From Octopus sinensis (Eukaryota): DNA of 64,000 bases. The translations under genes were made by a program, and so were the position numbers. The notes under the pieces are model-generated. The model was not told where the DNA came from and did not search any database. It saw only the letters and a list, made by a program, of their open reading frames with translations. This document shows positions 49,929 to 63,110 of the stretch, piece by piece. How positions within the stretch are numbered: the stretch's first letter is position 1; each line of letters begins with the position of its first letter. The stretch lies in NCBI RefSeq assembly GCF_006345805.1, contig NC_043004.1, positions 66,340,001 to 66,404,000 of the forward strand, in the 5' to 3' direction.

Positions 49929-50241
49929 AAAAGGAAATGAAGAAAATGCTGACAAAATAATTTAAGTAAGGGAGAGTGTATTTAATTAGGTGAAAGTTCT
50001 TTTTACCGGTTGCGCATTTGTTATGCTTATCAAACGATATTTTTTAAGAGAGACAGAGTTACTTTCTGATAGATTTTTTTTCTCAAGAGAAAAAAATCTA
50101 TCAGAAAGGAACTCTATCTCTCTTCAAAAATATCTTTTGATAAGCATAACAAATGCGCAACCGGTAAAAAGAACTTTCACCTAATTAAATACACTCTCCC
50201 TTACTTAAATTATTTTGTCAGCATTTTCTTCATTTCCTTTT
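49929..50241. repeat. Near-perfect palindrome (about 156-bp arms, 2-nt loop)
   Basis: Centre TCTC-AA-GAGA at 50081-50090. By eye there are four substitutions and one homopolymer length difference between the arms. Confidence 0.95.
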
Positions 50242-50251
50242 ATATATATAC

Positions 50252-50296
<45 letters not shown>

Positions 50297-50297
<1 letters not shown>

Positions 50298-50531
50298 GTT
50301 GTATACTGTCAAGTTAACGTGACAGTCCTGGAAGGGAATTACACCACCGCTGTTTAGCCCTAGGAAGCATCGACGCTTCCTGTCGGCCTTGACACATTTC
50401 CTGTGTCTTTACATATTTACGACACAGGAAATATGTCAAGGCCGACAGGAAGCGTCGATGCTTCCTAGGGCTAAACAGCGGTGGTGTAATTTCCTTACAG
50501 GACTGTCACGTTATGTTGACAGTATACAACC
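50297..50531. repeat. GC-richer fold-back element (about 111-bp arms, 13-nt loop)
   Basis: GGTTGTATACTGTCAA...GTGTC versus GACAC...TTGACAGTATACAACC, with about five mismatches. Confidence 0.95.
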
Positions 50532-52687
50532 ATTCTATCACTCCACCACCGTACATATCTCTGTGAGATATTTAGAAATTTAATATTTCTGATATATATA
50601 TATATACATATATGAGCAGGCGTGGCTGTGTAGTATTGCGGTACCTCATCTGACACGATACATTCTGTGCTTAGAAATCGGCGGGCACTACATTAGGTTT
50701 CATCCATTCTAGGTTGATAAATCAGTTCATTAGTGGAGCCAATTCTAGACTCAGCTTTTTCTGCTTCATTCTCTATCTCTCTTTCACACACATACGCACG
50801 CACACACACACGCGCGCGTACACACACATTCGCTTCTAAAATGTTTCAACAAATGAAGTATTGCGCTCTGTGTCAGAACTCTCTTCTCCATACAAGATAT
50901 GATGTGTCTGGTGCACAGCTAGCAGTCTCATCTCTTTTTGCTGGCTACATCACCCTTCCACAGAAAACAGGCAGTGTATTGTGTGTGCACTACTTTGGAA
51001 GTACCGTACGGGAAAGCTAAAATATTTGCCCGATGCTCTACAGATTTTCTTAATCCTTCGTCTTCTCATATAAAACATAACAACGTGTCAGTGGATTGAT
51101 TCATTGACGGATTTTCAGCCATTAGTTACGTCCTTACTACATTTAAATTTTAATTTCAAGCCTCGTTTGTCTTTGCACTGTGACTTGTCAGGTCTGCTAA
51201 AGCAAATGTACAATTTGTACCGGGGCTAATTAGCTCAAGTGTGCAACTCCGTCAGAAATATATGGCCTTGTGACAAAGTGAGAAATCATTACTATTCACC
51301 GTGCTGAACATAATTGTTTTTAGTTTAATATTAATGCAAACCGTCACTATATTAAAAAGAATAGGTATGAACATGAGAATTTGAATTTTTTCGACCTCTT
51401 TAAGAACGGGTGCAGATGATTTAAAAATAATGGTTATGTGTGTTATAACTGCATTTTTATATTCAAATATAAAAGTTCGATTTAAAAAAAAATTCAAATG
51501 CATTAATTGCTACTTAAATTAAATAACGAATACAAAAATTTCGGACATTTTAACCTAACTAAATTATTTAGAGTTTGGTGATTAAGGGCAATATATTTTA
51601 GATTTCCTAGAAGATAAATTGCTAAAACATCATTAAAAATACATAAAGATTTCACAAATATATAGGAAAACAGGGGAGGTGGATTTAATGATGCATATCC
51701 CCTGCTGAACAAAGTTCTCTAAAAATATAAATGGAGAAAATGCGTACAAAAGTAATTAATTACAAAAATAAGTGATTCACCTGTATTAGGAATTTTAATT
51801 GCTTTAGGATAATTTCCGATACCCGAGAAGCAATTTAAACTTTATTGTGACTTTTATTTATTTATATTTTTTGCCTTTTAACTGGTTCGTTTCGTTTGTT
51901 AGCAATTCCACTAATCTTTGGAGACATTAATTATTATAATCATTATTAGTTTTTATTTGTTTATTCTTTTCGATTTGCATGATTAGTTGTTAATATAATC
52001 TTAGTCTTGTCATAGAAGATATTGCATCAATAAAACACGGCAGACTAAGGGATACACTACGTACACGCCAAAAATTTCCCTAATATGTAGAACGGAATGG
52101 TAGAACTTCTGGGAAGTTGGTACAACTGTGCAGATTCATTCCTTAGTTAATGCGGCTAAGTTTTCATACTCTGAAATCGAGGGAACGAGTGATTAAGAAA
52201 TTGTGATTTTGGTAGAAAACAGTCTTTTCTCAGAATCGTGAACCCAATATTTTCGTATATTTTGTACTAAAACTGCCCACTGGTTAATTTTCTTTACAAA
52301 GACTTTATGCGTATTGTTTGAAGTAACTTTAGTTCCCTCTCCGTCTTCAGCTGGAATCTATGATTGCACATATGGACAGATGACGTTAAAAACTGCTCGA
52401 AGACACATATCGGCCACGTGCGAACGTTCGAATATTCCGAAAATTGGGAGGAGGTGGGAAGGGAAATTTAGTAAATTTGATGTTTTGGAAAATATTTTTT
52501 CATGATGGTGACATCCATATATTCGAACGTGGATTACAGAAGTATAAATTAAAACACTCACTTTTCAAATTGCAATTTACGTAGTGCTTGCACTGCGGGA
52601 TCGTAATTTACGTCGGAGAAAACATTTCCCCTTCTCAATAAACTAATAAATAAATAAATACATAATGTTTTTTTTATTTATTTATGC

Positions 52688-52955
52688 GCCCTTTTCAAGC
52701 CTAGCCCGGTTTCTGCAGCGTATGCGTTCCCCCGTAGCTGGGCGGGATGCCAGTCCATCCCGACGTTACTCAAGAAACAGGATGACAGTTGGGACGAAAG
52801 AGTTCAACAAGGGTCGCCACCACCTCCTCCCGGAGCCTCGTAGAGTTTTAGATGTTTTCGCGCAATAAACACACACAACACCCGGTCTGAGAATCGAAAC
52901 CGTGACCCTCTGACCGCGAATCCACTGACCAAACCACTAGGCCATTGCGCCTCCA
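52688..52955 (-). mobile_element. SINE family D
   Basis: Minus-strand head GGAGGCGCAATGGCCTAGTGGTT...GGTTTCGATTCTCAGACC. Confidence 0.8.
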
Positions 52956-55900
52956 AATACTTGATACTCCTAGCGTGCATTGTATTTATCACGGAATTCT
53001 CACGGAACATTTAATATTCAATCGCAAGCTTGAACGTATTTGGTTTCTATCCCAGATTTGTAACAAATTGACCAGTGACACGCTTAAGTTAATCCAATAT
53101 TATATATAACAACATATTTTACCGATAATTCATACAGACTCGATAAAACGAACCGCAGTAATCGATTACCACGTTACTTCACGGTTATAGTTTTAATTCC
53201 TCAAGTGCGACTGTACCTTCTTTCTTCCTAGTATAGAGGAAGTAAAGTGCAACCAAGTATCAACGACCTCACGCCTCCCAAAGCTCTATATGCTTGAAAC
53301 AGTTTGAACCAATATCCATTCCTCTACAACAGTTAATCGAGTTGTGAGTCAACTATACATAGACAGTAAGCATTGATTTATGTCTATGATTTATAGTTTA
53401 ACCAACAGTGTCACCGTTGACAGAAGCCTACGAGTCTTTCTATCACCGACAGTTGTTTTATTGTAGAGTTAGCTATTCAGTCCATCTAAAACGTTTCCCA
53501 AGAAAAGTTTCACTGTTGTTTACATAGAAAGTGAAATTATTTCTTAGAAACGGTGTAAATTTTATCTTTTGGAAGCAGTATCGGTGGAAACTTCTAATTT
53601 AATTAATTTTATTAAATTAAAATGTATGAGAACATTCAGTGTGAAAGGAGGAATAAATTGAATAAATATTCTGGATTTATGATTTTGAGAATGATTTGCT
53701 CACATGTGTTAATCTAAGCTAGTCTCTTGGCTAACTATCAGTTAAAGGAATTTTCATGAAAAAGAATTAATTAAACTGTACTGTTCACTCTCATCTCTCA
53801 TTACTGAACTGTCAATCAAATCTTATGTCGCTTTTGTTAATTAGGACGTGGATATTCCATTTACAGCTACGAAACCAAATACGGCTCTGATTTATAGAAA
53901 ATAGGATTTCAGTTACGTGCCTATTCAAGCCTCCAATGCCAAGGGAATGCGTTATGTGCCAAATAGCTGTCTTTTTAATTCTAACTCGTAATCATTTCGG
54001 TTATACAACTCTCAAGCAAGCTTTGTTTAAAGAAACAGGTATATTTAGCATTCGTTTCAGTCATTGTAACGCTTCTGCTAATTTTAAGGTTAAGAATAGT
54101 CTGTTAAGCCTTCCCAAGTCACCGTACTTCACCGATACTATTTCAACAACCTCGTAATGATAACATACAGGTTTTATCTGTAGATGGTTTAAGCTTAAAG
54201 TGTAAATGTGCATAAATAAATTCTGCAAATTCCTGTGTGAGATTCTGCACTTATATTGCTAAGCATGGCCATGTATAAAAGGAGACACGTTTGGTCATTC
54301 CTTTGAAATTCATCCACTTTTACTGAATGTACAACGGGAGATAAATGATTAAACAGTAAAGGAATTTACAGGCATCACAAAGTATATGTTCCATCTTATA
54401 TTTGCCAATGTAGGTAGCTGTTACCATTATTGTCTCTTGTATCAAATACCATATAAAATTTCTCGTTCTTGACTTCAGGTATCTAGAGATCAAACTCCAA
54501 ACAAGTCAATATTTTGTCTTTATTCTTGCTAGGATATTTAAATAAAACATAACGATATAGTGATTTACACCTCATTTCTTTTAAGCTTGCCGTAATTCTT
54601 AAACCAAGGGAAGATATGACATTATCTTCAAATGCAAATGTACATTAAACCAAACCCGCATTAAAACGTGAAGGTCCTTGCTAAATCGTTAAAAACTCTC
54701 TCAAAGAACAATCTATATGTACAGGAAGGTGTAATGCATCCAACGAAATTGGAATTTTGTATACATTTATCGGAATTTGTGAAATTACAGGTACGTTCCT
54801 TTCTTTAATACATAAAGGTATGTAATAATAATAATTCGCTCTTAGCCCTACAATTTCTTTCTACCATCAGTTAAATAGAAAGTTGCATCACGTATAGGGC
54901 ACTTTAAAATTATATAATTGTTCGATCGTGTTTGAAGTGGCTAGGAATATTACTTGTCAGTAAAACTTCTGTGCTGATCTCTTTTAAAACTAGCATTTTT
55001 GCTTGTTGCAAAATCAGCGAATGTATGTTAGCTTGAAAAATATATATTGCGAGCAGAGTCGAGCTGCTGCCATCTCTAGCAGACGAGGTGTCCAGTACCG
55101 AAGAGCTGCAAAAATAGCCCTAAACCAGGACTTGTCTACTGGTCCCGTCGCTAAAATATGGTAGGGTTTCACTCCCCTGCTCACAATTTATCGGAAGAGC
55201 TCTGCATCTTTAACCAGCTAGAGATGTCCTCTTGGGGTTAAACAATCAAAGTAGAGTCTGTTCGAACGGACGGCCATGTTGAAGTAGCTACGGATAACTA
55301 TAACTATTTCTAGTCCTAGTGTACTGTGAAACAGATATTAGGTTAAGAATAAGATGCAAACATTCAGCACTATACAATTTAATATGTAGGAAATGATTTG
55401 GTATTAGGACATACTCAAGTATCTTATTAAAAAATAAAATTCTGTACATTATATGTTATAGATATAGCTTACTATTCTGGATGTACTGCGACAATCGTGC
55501 TATTTGATAAAGTAAGGCCATTGATATAGTTGATATGTGGTTGATTAAAAGATCAAACTCAGAAAAGAATTGTTCGATTGTGTTTGATCTTTTAATCATT
55601 GACGTATCAAGTATTTGACTGGCGAACGCATTAGAAGCATTACTGGCAAAGATTATAGAAAAATCTTTGTAAATAATTCTTCAAAGTTAAAACGAACAAT
55701 CTGAGAAACCATTCACTGACAATGCGCATCAATATCAGTCTATAAATACTGACTGGAGAAAATATGCGAACTACTGAAGTATGGACATAGAAACTTATTT
55801 AAAACTGACCTTAAATATTAAGTAAAGTTACAATAATATGAGAGGGAAAAAGAGAGACGCCTTCCGCCGAATTAATAAATAGTTTATTAGAAACATTATA

Positions 55901-56204
55901 AGTAAGTAATATTTCTTTGCACCTCATTATTTCACCCAGCGTATAGAAATACCACAGACACTCACATAAAAGTTTAAACATCTTTTGAGCAATACAGTTG
56001 AAAAGTAAAGAAAAACTTTGAAGTTATTTGATGATCGCATAATATATCGGGCAGGGTTCTTCTTCTTAACCAAAAGCAAAACCTATCTAAAGAAGGGGGA
56101 TCACAAAATAGTTATGGTATCTATATAAGGCTGAAACAGACTTTTTGTCGTGTTTTAATTTATTGATATTTGGTAATTTGTCGTTATTTATATTCTTTTC
56201 TACT

Positions 56205-56592
56205 CTAAGCATATGGCATGAAATTTTTGGGGAGGGGGCCAGTCGATTAGATCGACCCAAGTATGTAACTGGTACTTAATTTATGGACTCCATAAGGATA
56301 TAAGGCAAAGTCGACCTCGGCGGCATTTGAATTTAGAACGTAAAGACAGACGAAATACAAATTTCTTTACTACCACACGGGGCTAAACACAGACAGGACA
56401 AACAAGGACGTACAAATGGATTAAGTCAATTATATCGACCCCAGTGCGTAACTATTACTTATTTAATCGACCTCGAATGGATGAAAGGCAAAGTCGACCT
56501 CGGTGTAATTTGAACTCAGAACGTAGCGGCAGATGAAATACCGCTAAGCATTTCGCCCGGCGTTCTAACGTTCCTGCCAGCTCGCTGCCTTC
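56205..56592 (-). mobile_element. SINE family B composite (two bodies)
   Basis: Reverse complement of the family B head (GGCAGCGAGCTGGCAGGAACGTTAGAACGCCGGGCG) with two AAAGTCGACCTCGG bodies. Confidence 0.85.
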
Positions 56593-57384
56593 GCCAATCT
56601 TTATATTGATAATTGGGCGTAACTTGTCGACTGCAAGTTTTACTCGGTGCAATACTTCAGGCAAATTGCTATCCCTTATTGTAAAAATATATATAACTAA
56701 TATCCCTCATCCGATATGTGTTTGTATAATGTTATTTTATCTAGAGTAAATCCATAAATTCTCCATTTTAAACTTACCGATAATATTTTGCCTCACTTGA
56801 ACATAGTATTAAGTATTTTAAAGATTCCTATCAGTGTCAGATAGATGTGGAAATTTACCAATTCTCCCCGATATGTTATGGAAGAAAACAGCAATAAATA
56901 GGCTTGTTACTGTAGGGTGTCAGCTAAATTATCATCGACAAAATAGCCCGAGAATGTATAAAATCTAGCCGTCATTAATAAAACAATAATCAAGACCCTA
57001 ATTATTCGCAGTGGGACCGTGAATGCAAATTTACTTAAAACACGATAGAATTGAGAGAGTGGTGCTTACATGATCGTCCTCGATAAAATTGCAACTTATA
57101 TACTGAATGTCCTGGTGATGCTGCTGCTGCAGTTGAAGATGAGTGTCATGGTAATGATGATGAAGGCGAGATTCTGGCTTATGTAATAACGATGATAATG
57201 TTAGCGATTTTGATGATGATGGTGATGACATCGAAGACTGTGATAGTGATGATCATGATGGTTGCTTGGCAATAATTGTTTGCTTGAATGCAGCGGTTCT
57301 GGCTCGATCACCTGAGGTAAGTCAACGTCGTGTCTAGCAGCTACTTAAGTGAGTGTGCTCTTGGGAAACCCAGGTAGTTTAAGC

Positions 57385-57590
57385 ATATCACTTTCAGAGT
57401 GGCTAGCAGAATCGTTTAGAAGCCGAACAAAATTATTTGCAGTTTTTCGTTTTTATGTTCTGAGTTCAAAATTATTTCGGGTTCGATAATTTACGTACGA
57501 GGTGAACGCTGGAGTCAGTGTAATCAACTTAACGGATCTCCTGAGATTGCTGGTCTTGTACCAAAATTTGAAAGCAATATTTATCTCTGT
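57385..57590 (+). mobile_element. SINE family B, degenerate
   Basis: GCTAGCAGAATCGTTT...GTTCTGAGTTCAAA...TTCGGGTTCGATAA...ACCAAAATTTGAAA. Confidence 0.6.
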
Positions 57591-59050
57591 AGATCTCTTG
57601 ATAAAGTGCTGGTAGGATGATGTTGCTTTGTTTGAAGACAGGCTGTACATTATTACATAATATATTCAAAGATTTCAGTCGACATTGTACTGATATGTAA
57701 TCACGTTATATATTTAAATCGCTATATCTTATTTACAGAAGGGAGATATGTACCATTGTGCAGGATAGCACATCTCTTCTTAAAACTCAATTATCATGTA
57801 TTTTCTGCAGTTTATCTTCCATTTTCGAATTCCATCTTGAAATTCCCGAATTTTAATTAAAATTCGTAATATGACGAATCAGGAGACACTATTTGCTAAA
57901 TAAATCATTCCAATTTGGGGATTATCACGTGTCCCTGTATCGATCAAAACTTTTAAACTCAGTACTCTGTTTATATATTTAAACTTGGGTTAGTTTATCT
58001 AACTGAAATGAAGATATGGATGTTTTATGAAAAACAACATTTCTTAACTTCAATTCATTCCAGTTGCATTTATTGCAGAAAAAAAAAAAACATCAGTTTA
58101 ATGCTTCTAGAAAAATGTATTCAGTAAAAGCTGAACAAAGGTAATATCAGCACAATGTTTGAACTCTGGAATTTAAACTTTAAAATCCCAATAATATACC
58201 TTTTCTATCTATATTTTATGCTGAATGGCACGCAATGTCTAACGAAAAGCAGATAAGTTTAAATATTTTATTTACTCCAACTAGCACGCTTCTTCGACAT
58301 CAATTTCAGAATAGAATTTCAATGACTTGTAAATTATGATAATACTTCTTTCAGAAAGGAAAGAATGCAAATGCTAGCATGTTTTGGAAAGCTAAGCATA
58401 TTTAATCCTTTATGTAAAACATTTCGATTATTTTTTTTATAAATCACCCTACCTATCATTACTCAACACATGACGTAAATTATTCACAGAATATAAACAT
58501 ATTTTTGTTATTAATTTCTAGTACAGAAATACCAGTTGATTGCATCACGTCATAATAGACTAGACTTATTTTCGATAATACGTAAATACTTGTTGGGTAA
58601 ATATACCCGTTTGCATGCAGTTAGAATTTTAAAATCCAACATTTAACGCTGAATGTACATTGTTTATTGTACTATTTTCCTCGTCCTTCAGAGAGTAAAT
58701 AACTAAGGCTTTAATTATCAAAAGTTGTGCCGAAATGGCTATCAAGTGACTTCATAGATTGCACGATAATATGTATATATATATTTATATAAAAATATAT
58801 ATAATCCTTATTAATGCCTGCTCGTCGTGAAATAAATATTATTCGTGTCCTTATTGTTGACACACGTGATTAATAAAACGAAATGGATAATAGCGTTCTA
58901 CTCTTTTCTACATTTTTTCATTCTTTAAAAAAGCCATTTTTTAATGTTTCATGCGAAATGTACTGGTTAAGTTTTGTTTCATCGCCAGTGTGTCACACAA
59001 CAATATTGACACCTAATTACAATACTGTAATTAATGTTGTAATATTTTAC

Positions 59051-59363
59051 GCATGGCTCAGTGGTTAGAGCGTCAAGCTTACGATCATGAGGTTGTGAGC
59101 TCGAATCCCGTACCGGGCAGCGTGTTGTGTTCTTGAGCAAGACACTTTATTTCATATTGCCCCAGTTCATTCAGCTGTAGAAATGAGTTGCAACGTCACG
59201 AGTGCCAAACTGTATCGGCCTTTGCCTTTCCCTTGGATAACACTGGTGGCGTGGAGAGGGGAGGCCGGTATGCATAAATAACCATGGCCGAACTTGTGCC
59301 TGGGACGGTAACTTTCTAGGTGCAATCCCATGGTCTGTGTCGTTACCGAAGGGGGTCTCGGAT
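59051..59363 (+). mobile_element. tRNA-derived SINE family C with candidate 8-bp TSD
   Basis: GCATGGCTCAGTGGTTAGAGCG (A box) and GAGCTCGAATCCC (B-box-like). TATTTTAC occurs at 59043 and 59364. Confidence 0.85.
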
Positions 59364-59818
59364 TATTTTACCCGAGTATGCAATGTCTACTCATCTTCAT
59401 TTTCAGTGAAAACAACGTACATTAACAGAGCCATAGCATTAATTTAACTATAGGTTCTATCCGTACTGATAACATTAAAGAAAAAATTTGGAAACCAGTT
59501 GTACTGGTAACATTTCACTTCATAACCACTTTGCTCGGGTATCACCAAGCTGCGATCAAAAGAAGCGTCATATATATATGCATAATTAGAAATACTCAGA
59601 TCCACCGGCATGCAAGCCCGCACGAACACACCCCTATACAGACATACCATAAACAAGCATATAGATGTAAATTTTGAGTTTACATCAAGTTATATATAGC
59701 AGAAATTTGATTTTAAAACATACTAATAAATAGTTTTCAGCGTTAAAGATGTGTACTAAACTTTTGCAAGAGGACGTCGTCACGTTTGTTTTTTCACGGT
59801 TTTTCATTCGTTTATTTG

Positions 59819-59865
<47 letters not shown>

Positions 59866-59918
59866 AAATTGAAAAAGGAAAATACGCACACTTACGTTGT
59901 TTTAATATAATTTTCAAT

Positions 59919-59953
59919 ATATCGACCGGTTTCGCTATCGCTATTCATGATAT
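59919..59953 (-). ncRNA. Decayed minimal hammerhead ribozyme
   Basis: Minus strand: ATATC-ATGAATA-GC-GATA-GC-GAAA-CCGG-TC-GATAT. Stem I is 5 bp, stem III is palindromic and the triplet is GUC. The core differs at positions 3 and 8. Confidence 0.5.
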
Positions 59954-60086
59954 TATGTTTAATTTATTTGAATATATATTTTTACTTAAGAAGAAATTTG
60001 GTCCATGTTGTGTGTGATGAAAATCACAAGTGAATGATTTCAGAAGTAGACAAATAAAGGGAGGTAATTGGTTGTTATTATTGTTA

Positions 60087-60092
60087 TGCTTT

Positions 60093-60129
<37 letters not shown>

Positions 60130-60142
60130 ATATATATATTTG

Positions 60143-60174
<32 letters not shown>

Positions 60175-60180
60175 ATATAT

Positions 60181-60255
<75 letters not shown>

Positions 60256-60262
60256 ATATATA
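60087..60262. repeat. (TA)n microsatellite
   Basis: Directly visible. Confidence 0.95.
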
Positions 60263-60264
60263 TT

Positions 60265-62544
60265 GCACTCTCAGGTATGCAAGGTATGCGTTGCATGCTC
60301 CGTGATTTTTTTTTTATCCATATGATCGGAAAATTAGATAAAATAGTTACTTTGTTTCAAAGAAAATCTGTCCAGTTATTTTGAAAATATTTGTCTCCCC
60401 TTCTCCTCTCCCAGTGACTCGTACTTCTGCTTTGAGAAGTCATGCTTTGAGGAGACCCGCATGACCTCCCTCTCTGTCTCTTTGTTAGTTTGTCCCTCCT
60501 TCCTTACTCTCTTAGTGACTTGATAAAACAGATGCTAGGACGAAAGGTCGTTCATAATACTTTGTACCCCCTTCCACTCTCTCTCAGTGACATGTCATGC
60601 TTTGAGATGACCGCATTATACCCACTCTCCGTCTCTTTGCTAGTGTATAATTGTTGCTAAACATCTGTTTGCACTATTATATTTTTGGAGTGTTCTGAAA
60701 ACAAAAATAATATCTATCTTATAGTTCTTAATTCAGAAGTAGCTAATTAATCTTAAATTAATTTAACTAAGATTATTTTTCTGTTTTGTTGAAATTGAGT
60801 TACAATTTACGCTGGCGCTTCCACGTGTGTTCTTATATAAGAACAGCCTTTTACGAAATGAGTGAAATGTGTGTTATAAACGATATTTTGAGAAATAGTT
60901 TTTCGAAAAGAGACTTTGATAGAAAATAATTAATTATAAATGGTGGGAGACCAACAGCGAATTTACCTAATCTGAGAAGCTACAACAAGGAATTCATGAG
61001 ACAATTTCAGGTTAATTTGTATGAAGAGAAAAAATGGTTAACTGGAAGTGTTGCTCTTAATAGATTATTTTGTTGGCCGTGTTTACTTTTTGTTTGGAAT
61101 GATAAAGGCTATGATGATTTAAATAATCTACATATGGCTATGTTAAAGCACAAGCGTTCTCAAAGGCATATAAAATCTTTGATAGATCTTAAAATATTCG
61201 AGAATATTAGCATAGACTTACAATTAGATGCATGTAAAAATCAAAGCATACAATATCTTAATGAGAAAGTCAGACGAAACAGATCCATTCTGCAACGACT
61301 GATCGATGTTGTTATTTTTTTAGGCTTCCAGGAATTATCGTTTTGGGGTCATTTTGAATCTGAAAGCTCTAATAATAGTGGAAATTATAAAGAACTCGTA
61401 TATATAATCAGTAAACATGACAAAAAATGTAAAATCATCTAGATACAGCATCTATCGTCACCGGTCTGTCAAACAGAATTCAAAATAAATTGATCTTTGC
61501 AATTCATAAAGTTATGTTGAATGAGATGCAAAAGGAAATCGAGCAAGCTAAGTTTGTTTCTATTTTTGTTGATTAGACATCTGATGTCTCAGCATCTTCA
61601 CAACTGTCAACAGTTTTACGTTATGTTACAGAAGACTGTGTGACGAAACAACGATTTATCGGTTTTATTGATGTTAGTGCAGATCGATCTGCAAATGCTT
61701 TATCTGAACATGTTTTTACATGCATTGAGACGTGGGAATGTGGAACCAAATTGATTGAACAGACATATGATGGTGCCGCTACAATGGCGGGACAACTAAA
61801 TGGGTTACAGGCAAAAGTAAGAAAGAAATGTGAATGTGCGATCTTTATTCATTGTTGTGCCCATATCCTAAATTTACTTCTTTCACAATCAAGCTCTACT
61901 ATAAAAGTACGATACACGGAGAGTACATTTTTTACGAAATCACCGAAAAGGGCTAATGCATTAGATAACATTGTTAAAAAGAAGATTTCCTAAGGCAAGA
62001 ACAATGGAATTACTCCTCACGGCTTATTATTACCACAAAGGAAAATTATAATTTCGTAATCAGCCTTTTTGAGCACATAATTGAAAATCCTGAAGTATGG
62101 GATGATACCACCATAAATTCAACAATTGGATTCTTACACACTTTAAAAGCTCCTGATATCTTATTTTTGTTAGAAGTATGGAGTGAGATTTTTTCTTTTA
62201 CTGACGTTTTATTTAATATCCTCCAGAGTAAAAGTCATGACATAGTGTATTGTAAAGAGCAAATAGATAAAACTAGAACTGTACTCGAAAACAAACTTGA
62301 TAATTTTTCAATATTTTATATGTTAGAAGGAAAATATGGTGTCGATGCAGGAATCGGAATTCAGAGATCCAAGAATATATCTATTGAGCCCCAACGACAT
62401 TATAAAATGCTTTATAACAAAATTATCAGTACAATAGTTGACCAAATAAAAGCACGATATTCACCCTTAGAAGAGTTTAAATTCATGGAACTTTCGAATT
62501 TCAACAAATTTGATGAGTATTGCAAACAATTTAAAAATCATGGG
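60265..62544 (+). mobile_element. hAT-superfamily transposon (DUF4371 / ZMYM1-like transposase pseudogene), 3'-truncated
   Basis: Broken ORFs at about 60870-62544 give WLTGS...LFCWPC...KHKRSQRH (TTF-type zinc finger), QELSFWGHFESE...GNYKEL, FVD*TSD (catalytic Asp region with a stop), QTYDGAATMAG and FIHCCAHILNL (CxxH). The left boundary is a guess. Confidence 0.88.
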
Positions 62545-62751
62545 TACTATTTAAGAAGAGTGGTCCCGGTGTGTGCACCCGAGCATCAACGCCAGTTAGT
62601 CGTGACTAGTCGATCCTTACTTTGTGTTTTTGTGTTTTATATATTTTGCTTAAAAAATTTATTTACTTTGCTAGATAGTCGTAGGATCGACTAGTCACTA
62701 GCCAGCGCGGATGCGCGAGCGCGGCAACGGGACCACTCTTCTTAAATAGTA
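62545..62751. mobile_element. 207-bp MITE with 23-bp TIRs and a second internal inverted repeat
   Basis: TACTATTTAAGAAGAGTGGTCCC versus GGGACCACTCTTCTTAAATAGTA. The internal pair is GTGACTAGTCGATCCTTAC / GTAGGATCGACTAGTCAC. Confidence 0.85.
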
Positions 62752-62921
62752 TCAGGGCGACGTTTTTTTTTATTCTAGGTTATATGGGGGTGATTGCATA
62801 TTCAGAATCTCCCATATGTAAATCGTAGGAATTCGAAAATCATTTTACTGAAACATTGCCGGAGGAGGGAAGGCAAAGAGATACATTGCATGCCCAACCC
62901 CGGAAGTCACCGCACGCCACT

Positions 62922-63110
62922 GATATATATATATATATATATATATTTATTTATTTATTTATTTATATATGTATATGTATATATGTATATGTACATGTAT
63001 ATATATATGTGTGTATATATATATGTGTATATGTATGTGTATACATATATATATACACACACACACACACATATATATATATACATATATATACGTGCAT
63101 GCGTCTGTAT
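62922..63110. repeat. Compound (TA)n/(TTTA)n/(CA)n microsatellite
   Basis: Directly visible. Confidence 0.9.

Noticed and set aside
51155-51250. Minus-strand SCTLELISPGTNCTF resembling FN3 strands E-F
   Set aside because: Only 31 codons lie between stops, there are no splice signals, and the match is within chance expectation for six frames of 64 kb.
57031-57322. Asp-rich frame ending in a perfect GTAAGT donor
   Set aside because: It is best explained as a decayed (GAT)n repeat. The frames are interrupted and there is no clear acceptor.
59051-59125. tRNA gene (also the heads at 40500, 49760 and 52890)
   Set aside because: These tRNA-like A/B boxes continue into SINE bodies and lack a complete cloverleaf, so they are SINE heads.
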